In this document: one piece after another, positions 47,875 through 58,272 of the stretch
Numbering within the stretch: position 1 is the first letter of the stretch
Layout of the letters: each line of letters opens with the position of its first letter
Source of the DNA: an uncultured Bacteroidales bacterium
GTDB taxonomy: Bacteria; Bacteroidota; Bacteroidia; Bacteroidales; VadinHA17
Direction of reading: 5' to 3'
DNA: 64,000 nucleotides
Assembly (NCBI GenBank): GCA_963815075.1
Contig: CAWFFK010000012.1
Coordinates: 41,475-105,474, forward strand
Made by a program: the position numbers and the translations under genes
Notes under the pieces: model-generated
The model's database searches: none
What the model was told of the DNA's origin: nothing
The model's input: the letters and a program-made list of their open reading frames with translations, nothing else

Positions 47875-50301
47875 CTATTCATATTTCAGCGATTGGGCTG
47901 GGTTGATCCTGGCAGCTCTCAGAATACGATAGCTGATTGTCATGATAGCTATTCCGAGTGCAATAGATAACCCGGCAACAAAGCTGAATGCTCCAAGACT
48001 TATCCTGTAGTAAAAATTCTCCAGCCATTGTCCCGCAATATAATAAATTATGGGCCAGGCAAGAATGGCCGATACGGAAACCAGGATCACAATCTCTTTG
48101 GAAATGGCAATGTAAATACCTGAAACTGTTGAACCCATGGCTTTTCTTACTCCTATCTCCTTTGTGCGCTGTTCCACAGTGAATGATGTAAGTCCGAATA
48201 ATCCTAACGATGCTATAAATATTGCCAGGATTGAAAAGATCACTGCCATTTGAGCATTCTGTTTTTCCTGGTTATACATCTGCTCAAAATCAGCATCAAC
48301 AAAATAATATTGCAGCGGAGTGTTGGCGGTAAACTCTTTCCATTTATTTTCTATTTCAGAGATTGTCTTCTGGTAATTCTGCGCTAATAACTTCACTGAC
48401 AGGTATCCATATTGCATATTATCATTTTTGAAGCAGAAAATATAGGGACCAATAGGGTTTCGCAACGATTCGAAGTTGAAATTCTTTACAACGCCGATAA
48501 CCTGCAAATAATTTAGGTTATCTTTTGCACCAGGTCGGGGCTGTACAAATCTTGTCTTTTCAGCATCCTTAATTGAAAAATCTTTAACGACAGATTCATT
48601 AACGATGCATGCATCCTGGTCCGTTGAATATGTTTCATTGAAGTTCCTTCCCGATACAAGTGTCATCCCGTATGTTGCCAGATAATCATAATCGATCCAG
48701 TTGGTCTGCATCAGGAAAGACTCATCTTTTCTTCCTTCCATACCATAACCGTTATTATTGTTATTACGGGCCGGAACAGCTGTGGAACTTGCAATATTGA
48801 TTACTCCGGGAATCCCCTTTACAGCGTCTTTAAATGACTTGACTTTTGGTCCGAGAGCTTCTGCCCTGTTAATTACTATTAATTGTTCTTTATTAAATCC
48901 AACATCTTTATTAAGCATAAACCTTATCTGCCTGTACATTATCAGTGTGCCAACTATAAGGAGTATCGAAACAGTAAACTGGAATACGACAAGTACTTTT
49001 CTCAGACGGCCATTCTTCATACTGTTTTTCATGCTGCCCTTGAGAACTTCATAGGGATTGAAAGAAGACAGGAAGAGTGCAGGGTAACTGCCGGCAAGAA
49101 AACCGACCACTATAGCAAAAGCCAGTAATACAGGTATCATATACCAAGCTGCAAAAACGTTTAATACAAGCTTTGTTCCAAGCAGATTATTGAAATAAGG
49201 AAGAGTCAGTACTATAATAACCAGGGCCACAATGAGCGAGACGAATGCCAGGATAAAAGATTCCGAAAGGAATTGTGTAACGAGCATGCCTCTGGTAGAG
49301 CCTCCTATCTTCTTTATACCTACCTCTTTAGCCCTTCTGGCAGCCTGGGCAGTCGAAAGGTTCATAAAATTTATGGCTGCAATTAAAACTATAAGTATAG
49401 CTATGCTGCCAAAGATTAAGAGGTACTTTGGATCACTCGGTTGCCTGAACATCTGCTGGATAAGCGGTTGAAGGTGAATGTCGGTAAGCGGTTGACAGAA
49501 AAACCTGTATTTATTCCCCTGTTTGAGAAACTCATCCATTGATATCCCCATAAATCGCTGTATGTCGGGCCCGACATACTTAATTAAAAGATCAGGGATC
49601 TTTTCATCGACAGTTTTCACTGTTGAATTTGGTCTCAATAGAAGATAGGTACTGTAACTGTTACTAAGCCATACAGGATTCCTCGAACCCGGATCTGTCA
49701 TAAATGAAGAGATGATATTGGCCTCAAAATGCGAATTGCCGGGAACATCGCCCATAACACCGGAGACAATATACCGTACTGAATCTGTCCCTAACTTGAG
49801 AGCTTTGTCTATAGGATTTTCATCACCGAAGATCTTCTTTGCCGTCGATTCCGACAACACAACTCTGTGAGGTGCATTCAGAAGATTTTTTGGATCACCC
49901 TTCAGTACAGGTATCGAAAAGAAATTAAAGAAGGTCGAGTCAGCTTCAACAAGATGGTCTTCCGTAAAAGTCTGATTATCGTAGTCAATTACAGTTGGGC
50001 CTGTACCGGTCATCCTGAGATAATCCTCAACTTCAGGAAATTCCTTTGCCATTGTGGGACCCATCTGAGCTGAAGTGTAAGCTGCTGTCAGTTCCTGACC
50101 ACCGATTTTACCATTGAGGATAAGCCTTACTATTCGGTCTTTTTTGACATTAAACCTGTCATAACTTGCTTCATTTATCACAAAAAGTGCAATAAGAAGA
50201 CTGCAGGCAATACCGATCGAAAGTCCGAGAATATTAATTATTATATAAGCACGCTGTCTTTTAAAAGATCTTAAGCTATGCTTGAGAAGGTTGGTGAACA
50301 T
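47875..50301 (-). CDS. ABC transporter permease, double FtsX (paralog 3, close duplicate of paralog 2)
   Basis: 808 aa. Long identical stretches with paralog 2 (INILGLSIGIACSL, FPEVED.LRM, LSESTAKKIFG.ENPIDK, FGLTSFTVEQRTKEIGVRKAMGS). Confidence 0.88.
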   Translation of the reverse strand: MFTNLLKHSLRSFKRQRAYIIINILGLSIGIACSLLIALFVINEASYDRFNVKKDRIVRLILNGKIGGQELTAAYTSAQMGPTMAKEFPEVEDYLRMTGTGPTVIDYDNQTFTEDHLVEADSTFFNFFSIPVLKGDPKNLLNAPHRVVLSESTAKKIFGDENPIDKALKLGTDSVRYIVSGVMGDVPGNSHFEANIISSFMTDPGSRNPVWLSNSYSTYLLLRPNSTVKTVDEKIPDLLIKYVGPDIQRFMGISMDEFLKQGNKYRFFCQPLTDIHLQPLIQQMFRQPSDPKYLLIFGSIAILIVLIAAINFMNLSTAQAARRAKEVGIKKIGGSTRGMLVTQFLSESFILAFVSLIVALVIIVLTLPYFNNLLGTKLVLNVFAAWYMIPVLLAFAIVVGFLAGSYPALFLSSFNPYEVLKGSMKNSMKNGRLRKVLVVFQFTVSILLIVGTLIMYRQIRFMLNKDVGFNKEQLIVINRAEALGPKVKSFKDAVKGIPGVINIASSTAVPARNNNNNGYGMEGRKDESFLMQTNWIDYDYLATYGMTLVSGRNFNETYSTDQDACIVNESVVKDFSIKDAEKTRFVQPRPGAKDNLNYLQVIGVVKNFNFESLRNPIGPYIFCFKNDNMQYGYLSVKLLAQNYQKTISEIENKWKEFTANTPLQYYFVDADFEQMYNQEKQNAQMAVIFSILAIFIASLGLFGLTSFTVEQRTKEIGVRKAMGSTVSGIYIAISKEIVILVSVSAILAWPIIYYIAGQWLENFYYRISLGAFSFVAGLSIALGIAIMTISYRILRAARINPAQSLKYE

Positions 50302-50367
50302 TTTTTCTAAGGATTAATTTAACATCTCATAGACGAAATAAAAACGTCTTTGCTGCATAAAAAATTA

Positions 50368-52737
50368 TTATTCTACTTTCAGAGCCTCTGCAGGATTTAT
50401 GCCGGTTGCTTTATATGCCTGAAAACTAACTGTTAACAATGCTATAATAATTGAACCCAGAGCAATGGCTGCGAAAACCAGTATATTCAGATCTATCCTG
50501 TATGCAAACTGTTTAAGCAGGTTCCCAACAACGATCCAGCCTAAAGGAACAGCAATAATTATCGATATCAGGACCAGAGCAAGAAACTCTTTGGACAGGG
50601 TATACATTACAGTGAAGGCACCTGCTCCCATTACTTTCCTGATGCCGACTTCATTTGTGCGCCTCTCAGCTGAATATGAAGACAGACCATACAGTCCCAG
50701 ACATGCTATAATAACTGCAAGAATTGTAAAATATTTTAACAGGCTTGTAAGTCGCATCTGGGATCTGAAAAGATTGTCATAATCCTGATCAATGAATGTA
50801 TACTCAAGCGGATATTCTGGTATTACCTCTTTCCAGATTTTTTCAACTGATTTAAGTGAGGCAGGAATATCACCCGATAAGCGTATTAAAATATTTCTGA
50901 GATAATTAGTACCTGTAAGTGCAAATGCAATCGGTTCAATTGCCTGATCTGCTCCTTTGAAATGGAAGTTCTTCATTACTCCGATTATTTTCCCGTTCAA
51001 ACCCATGAACCTGAAATTTTTCCCTACCGGATCACCAATATTCATGAGTTTGACCACTTCCTCATTTACAAGGAAGTTACCCGTTGTATCCCTGACCATG
51101 TCTGAAGGAAATTCCTTTGAGAAATCACGTCCGGAAACGAGCTCCATCTTCATGGTCTTTAAATAATCATAATCGACACCATTGGTTCCTATAAGGACCT
51201 GCTTTTCCGGATCCTTGCCATCCCAGCTGGCACCTCCTGAATTACTTCCAATCATCACCGGGTTCCATAAAGATGCTGTCACTCCGCTTACAAGAGGGTC
51301 TTTCTGCAGTTCAGTTTTAAGAGAATAATATTTGGCTTTCATGTTATCCGGCATTGGAATGCAGATCAGTTTTTCCTTATCAAATCCGAGCTCCTTTCTC
51401 TGAAGATACTTTAATTCCATATATAAAAAGATGGCACAAATAGCTATTAATATTGAAAGGGTAAATTGTACAACGACCAATATCTGCCTTAACCGGCCAT
51501 TCCTGTTTCCTGAAATATGATCTCCTTTTAATACGGCAACCGGCTTAAATGAAGAAAGGTAGAATGCCGGGTAGACACCTGAAAAAAGCGCAGCCAGAAA
51601 TCCTACTATCAGGAAGCTGATTATGAATCTTTCCTGGAACAGATCCGACAATGAAAAACTCTTGCCCGAAACATTATTAAATAAATTCAATGATAATCCC
51701 ACCAGTATAATAGCTAATATCATAGCTACCGCCACAAGCAAAAGTGATTCAAACATGAATTGTATTATCATACTCATCTGATCAGCTCCTGCAACTTTCT
51801 TAATACCTATTTCCTTACCTCTTGAAGATGCTTTTGCCGTGGAGAGGTTAATAAAATTGATACAGGCTATGATGAGGACAAAGATTGCTATAAGGGTAAA
51901 TATAGTAATAGCAATAACAGGGCCTCTGGTTTCAGTAAAACCAAACTGCCCGTGCAGATGGATATCAGTAAGAGGGAAGAGTGAAAATTTTGTAGTTGTT
52001 TGAGGATTATGCTCCAGAACAATATCAGTAAGTTTCTTATTGACATCATCAATTTTCGCACTCTTTTCAAGCTGCACAAAGGTATAAATTGAGTTATTAC
52101 CCCAGTTATCATCAATTAATCCCATTTTTTTCAGAAATGAATAGGGTATTATGGCTTCAAACCTGAACATGGAGTTTCTTGGGGGGTTTTTCAATACACC
52201 TGATACCATGAATTGAATATTATTCTCAAGTGTAAGAGCTTTCCCTATGGGGTTTTCATTGCCAAAATATTTCCTTGCAAGTTTTTCGGTAAGCACAATG
52301 GAATTGGGAGAGTTCAATGCTGTCAGCGGGTCACCGGAAATCATAGGCAAAGTGAACATCCTCAAAAGTCCGGAATCAGCTGCTATAACTGAAGATTCAA
52401 AAAATACATTATCGTTATACCTGAAAAGAGTCCGCGGGAGGCCAAAGTAACGTGTCTGCTCTTTTATCTCAGGTACCTTCTGTTTCCATTCCGGTCCGCT
52501 CGGATGTGGCGTAACTGTTACATGATAACGCCTGCCTGAATAAAACTGATCCTCTTCAACACGATATATGCTTTTGGCATTCCTGTTAAATTTTTCGTAG
52601 CTCATTTCATCCTGTACCCACAGGAGAATAAGCAGTGATGCAGCTAACCCGACAGCAAGTCCGGCAATATTAATAAAAGTAAAACCTTTATGTCTCGATA
52701 TATTCCTTATAGTTAACAGGAAGAAATTTTTAATCAT
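50368..52737 (-). CDS. ABC transporter permease, double FtsX (paralog 4)
   Basis: 789 aa. RGKEIGIKKVAGA and RTNEVGIRKVMGA. Ends NPAEALKVE. Confidence 0.88.
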   Translation of the reverse strand: MIKNFFLLTIRNISRHKGFTFINIAGLAVGLAASLLILLWVQDEMSYEKFNRNAKSIYRVEEDQFYSGRRYHVTVTPHPSGPEWKQKVPEIKEQTRYFGLPRTLFRYNDNVFFESSVIAADSGLLRMFTLPMISGDPLTALNSPNSIVLTEKLARKYFGNENPIGKALTLENNIQFMVSGVLKNPPRNSMFRFEAIIPYSFLKKMGLIDDNWGNNSIYTFVQLEKSAKIDDVNKKLTDIVLEHNPQTTTKFSLFPLTDIHLHGQFGFTETRGPVIAITIFTLIAIFVLIIACINFINLSTAKASSRGKEIGIKKVAGADQMSMIIQFMFESLLLVAVAMILAIILVGLSLNLFNNVSGKSFSLSDLFQERFIISFLIVGFLAALFSGVYPAFYLSSFKPVAVLKGDHISGNRNGRLRQILVVVQFTLSILIAICAIFLYMELKYLQRKELGFDKEKLICIPMPDNMKAKYYSLKTELQKDPLVSGVTASLWNPVMIGSNSGGASWDGKDPEKQVLIGTNGVDYDYLKTMKMELVSGRDFSKEFPSDMVRDTTGNFLVNEEVVKLMNIGDPVGKNFRFMGLNGKIIGVMKNFHFKGADQAIEPIAFALTGTNYLRNILIRLSGDIPASLKSVEKIWKEVIPEYPLEYTFIDQDYDNLFRSQMRLTSLLKYFTILAVIIACLGLYGLSSYSAERRTNEVGIRKVMGAGAFTVMYTLSKEFLALVLISIIIAVPLGWIVVGNLLKQFAYRIDLNILVFAAIALGSIIIALLTVSFQAYKATGINPAEALKVE

Positions 52738-52964
52738 AGAGTAGTTTTTTTCTACAAAAGACTGTTTAAATAATTCTATGTTGCACAGGATAATCTTTAT
52801 AATGATTGAAATCTGTACAAAAGCTAATTCATTTTAAATTTAGAAAAAAAATTATCTATAGCCTTTAGGGTTAAATCATTTTTTTGTTTTATTTATATGT
52901 GCAACTTTTGCAATTTATTTGCGTCTTTGGGTTTTGATGCTATTTAAAGCTAATTATTGACACC

Positions 52965-55391
52965 ATGCTTAAAAACTTCTTTATCAATACTTTTCGCAAC
53001 TTAAGGAGACAAAGCGGATACATCATTTTGAATGTTGTGGGTCTGACTGTCGGTCTGACAAGCTTCCTTTTTATTTCATTATATGTGGTAGATGAATTAA
53101 GCTATGACAGATTCCATAAGAACTTTGAAAATATTTATAGTATTAAGGTAACGGGCAGGCTTGCCGGAGGCGAATTGAACCAGGCAGTTACAGCAGCACC
53201 AATGGCAAGTGCGATACTGAAGGACTATCCGGAAGTTCTTGCTGCAACCAGGGTTACACAACTGGGGTCATGGCTTATACGATTCGGAGAAAACAAATTC
53301 AATGAAGATGGAGTTCTTTTTGCCGATTCAACATTTTTCAATGTACTCGATTTCAAGTTGCTGAAAGGAGATCCAAAAACTGCATTGGTAAGACCACGTT
53401 CTATGGTTCTGACTGAGGAATATGCCAAAAAGTACTTTGGGAACCAGGATCCCATGGGGCAGAAAATGATTGTTGAGGCCGACAGTGTTCTGTATACTGT
53501 AACAGGAATCGTTCAGGATGTTCCCGATAACTCACATTTGAAATTTGATATGCTTGCTTCCATGAGTACCTATCCTAATCAGGCTAACAATCAGTTCTGG
53601 GTAAGCCATAGCTACTACACCTATATTGTAGTAAAAGATGGAACTGACATAAACGCCCTTCAGGAGAAATTTCAGGAAATGGTTACAAAATACGTAGGGC
53701 CTCAGATTCAGCAAATTCTTGGGTACTCAATTGATGATTTCAGAAAAGCTGGCAACGATTTCAGATATGTTTTAGAACCGTTAAAAGATTTGCATCTCAA
53801 AGGCGCAACTCAGTATAACCTCGAACCTAATGGCTCTCTTACAACCGTTTACATTTTTGCTGTCATAGCAATTCTGATACTTATTATAGCTATTATAAAT
53901 TATGTCAATCTGGCTACCGCAAAATCCGCCGGCCGGGCAAAAGAGGTAGGTGTAAAAAAAGTCGCCGGAGCATATAAATCAGGTCTGATATTTCAGTTCC
54001 TTGGAGAGTCATTGATTATTGTGACATTTGCCACACTTTTCTCAGTTCTGCTTGTTTACCTGTTTACACCCTCATTTAATCAACTGATTGGTAAAGAGAT
54101 ATCAGTTAGTCTGTTTGACAATAATTTATCGCTTTTTCTCCTTATTGCCCTGGTTATAATTGTAGGTTTTTCCGCTGGCTTCTATCCTTCCTTTGTGCTT
54201 GCTTCCTTTAATCCCGTCGAGGTATTGAAAGGAACATTAAATCCGGGTTCCATGTCAAAAAATCTCAGGGGAATACTTGTCGTCTTCCAGTTCACAGTTT
54301 CTATCATTATAATTATTGGCTCTACAATTGTATATAGTCAGTTAAATTTCATGACAAAGAAAGATCTTGGATTTGAAAAAGAGAATCTTATAATTATTCG
54401 TCGGCCGGATGCTTTCCGGAGACAACTTGAATCGTTCCGAAATCAGATACTGGAGATCCCGGGGATTGATAAGGTTGGCTTTTCAAGACAGGTGCCCGGG
54501 CATAATTTTAATAATAATGCTTTTCTAAATGATGAAGATCCTGAGAAAAAAACATATCTCCTGCAGCAAGCGAGTGTAAGTCTTGACTTTCCACAGGCAC
54601 TGGGCGTTCATCTGACTGAGGGTCGTTTCTTTTCACGTGAATACAGTACTGACTCAACAGCGGTGCTTATTAATGAAGCAGCTGTTAAATCGTTAGGATT
54701 AAAAGATCCTGTAGGGAAATACATCCTGCAACCCAGTGGTCCCGGTCAATTCCAAAAGCTTAAAATCATTGGTATTATGAAGGATTTTAATATAACATCC
54801 ATGCATAAAACTATTGATCCTGTCTGTTTTACTGTAATGGGTAAGGGAGGTGGTGATCAGTTTGCCACAGTGAGACTAACAGGGAAAAACGTTCAGACAA
54901 CTATAAGAGCCATTGAAGAAAAGTGGAAGAACTTCACCACTCAACAGCCATTTCAATATGATTTTTTCACAGATACCTGGAACAATCTGTACAAAACAGA
55001 AATGAAAACCGGGAAAATATTCATACTCTTTTCGATACTGGCAATATTTATTGCATGTCTGGGACTGATAGGTCTGGTGACTTACATAACAAATAAAAGA
55101 ACGCGCGAAATAGGCATAAGGAAAACATATGGCGCGTCCATCCGGATTGTTCTGATGCTATTATCAAAAGAGGTATTAAATCTTATCCTGATCTCTTCGG
55201 TTATAGCTTATCCCATAGCATATTTCGGATCAAAATACTGGCTTGATGGATTTGCAAATAAAGTAAAAGTAAGTCCCTTAATATATATTATGGCAACACT
55301 TATTGTGCTTATAATAGGCTGGCTATCAACAAGCTATCAGACTATTAAAGCTGCAAACCGTAATCCTGCAAATGCCCTTAGAATAGAATAA
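52965..55391 (+). CDS. ABC transporter permease, double FtsX (paralog 5, divergent orientation)
   Basis: 808 aa. RAKEVGVKKVAGA and RTREIGIRKTYGA. Ends NPANALRIE. Confidence 0.88.
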   Translation: MLKNFFINTFRNLRRQSGYIILNVVGLTVGLTSFLFISLYVVDELSYDRFHKNFENIYSIKVTGRLAGGELNQAVTAAPMASAILKDYPEVLAATRVTQLGSWLIRFGENKFNEDGVLFADSTFFNVLDFKLLKGDPKTALVRPRSMVLTEEYAKKYFGNQDPMGQKMIVEADSVLYTVTGIVQDVPDNSHLKFDMLASMSTYPNQANNQFWVSHSYYTYIVVKDGTDINALQEKFQEMVTKYVGPQIQQILGYSIDDFRKAGNDFRYVLEPLKDLHLKGATQYNLEPNGSLTTVYIFAVIAILILIIAIINYVNLATAKSAGRAKEVGVKKVAGAYKSGLIFQFLGESLIIVTFATLFSVLLVYLFTPSFNQLIGKEISVSLFDNNLSLFLLIALVIIVGFSAGFYPSFVLASFNPVEVLKGTLNPGSMSKNLRGILVVFQFTVSIIIIIGSTIVYSQLNFMTKKDLGFEKENLIIIRRPDAFRRQLESFRNQILEIPGIDKVGFSRQVPGHNFNNNAFLNDEDPEKKTYLLQQASVSLDFPQALGVHLTEGRFFSREYSTDSTAVLINEAAVKSLGLKDPVGKYILQPSGPGQFQKLKIIGIMKDFNITSMHKTIDPVCFTVMGKGGGDQFATVRLTGKNVQTTIRAIEEKWKNFTTQQPFQYDFFTDTWNNLYKTEMKTGKIFILFSILAIFIACLGLIGLVTYITNKRTREIGIRKTYGASIRIVLMLLSKEVLNLILISSVIAYPIAYFGSKYWLDGFANKVKVSPLIYIMATLIVLIIGWLSTSYQTIKAANRNPANALRIE

Positions 55392-55393
55392 AA

Positions 55394-55545
55394 GAGGCTG
55401 TCTCAAAAGTCAAAATCCATAAACCACAAAGGGCACAAAGTCTTTCACAAAGGTCGCAAAGGATTAAATATCATGTTTTTACCTTTGAGAACTTCGTGAA
55501 TCCTTAGTGTTCTTTGTGTTTAAAAATAACATTTGAGGCAGCCTC
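55394..55545. repeat. Inverted-repeat-bounded element between convergent genes (CACAAAG family), probable bidirectional terminator/MITE-like
   Basis: GAGGCTGTCTCAAAA (55394-55408) vs ATTTGAGGCAGCCTC (55531-55545), 13/15 complementary. An inner imperfect inverted repeat pairs CACAAAGGTCGCAAAGGATT with AATCCTTAGTGTTCTTTGTG. Confidence 0.6.
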
Positions 55546-55570
55546 TATGATTTTTTCAAATAAATACAAA

Positions 55571-57994
55571 CTAATTAGCCGGTGGTTTAATCTCGTCAAT
55601 CTCCACTTTTGGAACAAGCGAAACTGTATCTTTCTTCACTTTAAGGTCTTTGTCCAGGGTGAAAGAAGCACTTTGCCTAATATCTTCCGATGAAGCTCCA
55701 ATTTTGACATCATATTTGCCTGCTTCGGCAACCCATGTTGATGATGGAGTGTCAAACGAAGCCAGGCTGCGGCTGTTGAGTGTAAAGGTCATTGTCTGTG
55801 ATTCTCCTGGCTGAAGCAGCCTGGTTTTTGCAAAGCCTTTAAGTTCAATAACCGGTTTATCAAGTTTTTTTGCAGGGGCTGAAAGATAAAGTTCCGCTAC
55901 CTGCTTCCCGGCTACCGTTCCGATATTTTTTATTTCAACTGTCACTGTCATTTTTTCGCGGAATCTTGGTGAACTTAGTTTAATATTGCTATACTCAAAA
56001 TTAGTATAGGAAAGGCCAAATCCAAATTCATATGCAGGTTGAACATTAAATGTCTCATAGTAGCGATAACCAACATAAATACCTTCCTTGTATGTGACTT
56101 CTGCAGGTCTTATTCTCATAAATGAACTCACAGGACCCTGATCGGCCGACTGATCTGAAGGAAGTTCTTTTCCGGGAAATGTTTTTGAAGATGGAACATC
56201 GTCGTAAGTCACAGGAAACGTAGTTGCTAATTTTCCTGAAGGATCTACCTTACCACTGATAATGTCAGCTATTGAATTGCCGGTTTCCTGGCCACCCTGC
56301 CATGCAAGAAGTATTGCATCAGGCACATCTCTCCAGCTGGCTGTTTCAATCACACCACCTATATTTAAGATAATAACAACTTTTTTACCTTTTGTATGAA
56401 AAGCATCCGAGACATCCTTAATTAGCAGTTGCTCCTGATCGCTCAGCTGAAAATCACCTTTTTCGTTTTTACGGTCCCTGCCTTCGCCGGAATTCCTTCC
56501 GATTGTTATTATTGCAGCATCCGATACATTTGCCATACCATTAATTATATCCGTGTTCAGGGTCATTTCCTCAATAGAATTAGATCCCATCATAGCCATA
56601 AAGCCTCTTCTCTTGGGGCGACCTTCTTTTGTAAGTTCCAGGTAATTGGTATACAATGATTTAAGGCCATCATTTACCTTATAACCAGCATTTTCAAGCC
56701 CTTCAATAAGGGATACACTATAGGCTTCATTTACATCTCCGCTTCCTGTGCCTCCTGTAATTATATCATACGAAGTATTGCCGAAAGCAGCAATATTTTT
56801 TATTTCCTTATTAAACGGTAGTGTTCCCGTAGTGTTTTTAAGCAGTATCATTCCCTCAGATGCCGCCTGACGGGTAATTTCCGCATGAGCATTAAGATCA
56901 GGCTTATTGGAATATTTATATCCTTTGAACCTGGGGCTCTGAAGCATAATATTCAGGATTCTTGTAACATTCCTGTCCAGTATTTTTATATCAAGTTTTC
57001 CTTCCTGTACTGCCTCTACTATCGTCTTTACCTGACCCGGTGTTCCAGGCATAAGCAAATCATTTCCGGCAATCATCTGGGCAACAGGATCCTTACCGCC
57101 AAACCAATCGGTCATTACAAAACCTTTAAACCCCCAGTCTTTCCGCAGGATGTTAGTAAGCAGATCGCTGCTTTCTGAAGCATATGTTCCGTTAATAAGA
57201 TTATATGATGACATTACGGTCCATGGCTGACTTTCCTGAACAGCAATTCTGAATCCTTCAAGATATATCTCGCGAAGGGCCCTCTCGCTGATTATAGTAT
57301 TCAGAGAATTTCTGTTTGTCTCTGCATTATTTGCATCAAAATGTTTGATTGAAGTTCCTGCACCTTCAGATTCAACACCGTTAACCATCGCAGCACCCAT
57401 TTTACCTGTAATGTAAGGGTCTTCGGAATAATATTCGAAGTTCCTTCCGCACAACGGATTACGATGGATATTCATCCCCGGACCGAGAAGAATATCTGCG
57501 CCATATTCAAGTACCTCATTTCCCATTGCCTGACCAACTTTATTTACCAGCTCTGTATCCCAGGTTGAAGCAAGTAACGTACCAACAGGAAAGGCAGTGC
57601 AATAGTAGGTATTGTTATCATTTTCCCGTGTCGGACTTATTCTTACCCCGGCTGGACCGTCAGTAAGGACCATAGGTGTTATTCCAAGCCGTGGCAATGA
57701 AAATGACGTGCCTGCAGCACCGGGTACAAGAGCCTGCGTTTGTCCGATCACCGGACTGGAGGGAGGATTTGCAGGACTCTCGGCAGGACTATTACCGGAA
57801 TTGGCAGAAGGAGGAGGTCCACCTGGCATTCTCATTCCTGTTCCAACTACAAGACTTGCTTTTTCTTCAAGAGTCATGGCTGCAACAACCTTTGAAACAG
57901 GATCTTTTCCAAGTTTCGGCGTATTAGCGTTTTGTGAGAACCCTGCGACGCACAGTGAAACTGACAATACTAAAGCTATAAGAACTTTTTTCAT
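55571..57994 (-). CDS. bglX: Glycoside hydrolase family 3 beta-glucosidase (N-domain, C-domain, Fn3-like domain)
   Basis: Signal peptide. LTLEEKASLVVGTG, GPAGVRI, GFKGFVMTDW (nucleophile region) and a C-terminal Fn3-like segment (VTVEIKNIGTVAGKQVAELY). Confidence 0.88.
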   Translation of the reverse strand: MKKVLIALVLSVSLCVAGFSQNANTPKLGKDPVSKVVAAMTLEEKASLVVGTGMRMPGGPPPSANSGNSPAESPANPPSSPVIGQTQALVPGAAGTSFSLPRLGITPMVLTDGPAGVRISPTRENDNNTYYCTAFPVGTLLASTWDTELVNKVGQAMGNEVLEYGADILLGPGMNIHRNPLCGRNFEYYSEDPYITGKMGAAMVNGVESEGAGTSIKHFDANNAETNRNSLNTIISERALREIYLEGFRIAVQESQPWTVMSSYNLINGTYASESSDLLTNILRKDWGFKGFVMTDWFGGKDPVAQMIAGNDLLMPGTPGQVKTIVEAVQEGKLDIKILDRNVTRILNIMLQSPRFKGYKYSNKPDLNAHAEITRQAASEGMILLKNTTGTLPFNKEIKNIAAFGNTSYDIITGGTGSGDVNEAYSVSLIEGLENAGYKVNDGLKSLYTNYLELTKEGRPKRRGFMAMMGSNSIEEMTLNTDIINGMANVSDAAIITIGRNSGEGRDRKNEKGDFQLSDQEQLLIKDVSDAFHTKGKKVVIILNIGGVIETASWRDVPDAILLAWQGGQETGNSIADIISGKVDPSGKLATTFPVTYDDVPSSKTFPGKELPSDQSADQGPVSSFMRIRPAEVTYKEGIYVGYRYYETFNVQPAYEFGFGLSYTNFEYSNIKLSSPRFREKMTVTVEIKNIGTVAGKQVAELYLSAPAKKLDKPVIELKGFAKTRLLQPGESQTMTFTLNSRSLASFDTPSSTWVAEAGKYDVKIGASSEDIRQSASFTLDKDLKVKKDTVSLVPKVEIDEIKPPAN

Positions 57995-58272
57995 AAGTAA
58001 ATAATATTATAAATTAAAAACTAATAGTGTTTATATTTCATTTAGTCTTGATTATTCAGATTATAAAGGTACTACAATACAGTGTTAAGAGTTGTTAAAT
58101 TTTCTTTAAAGTTGTTGAAAGGCTTTTATTCCAAGATAGAACATGAGGTAATACCACAGGAAGAATAAATCAAATTTAAATTGAAGAAACGGAGAATTTT
58201 ACTGATGGAAACCTGTATTTCAACAGTGTTTAACCAACGGGTAGAAGGAGGGCTAAAGTCCGGAAGGCTAAA

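Noticed and set aside
52898-52913. Sigma-54-like TGTGCAACTTTTGCAA in the divergent permease intergenic region
   Set aside because: It lacks the invariant GG, and the spacing does not fit the -24/-12 consensus.
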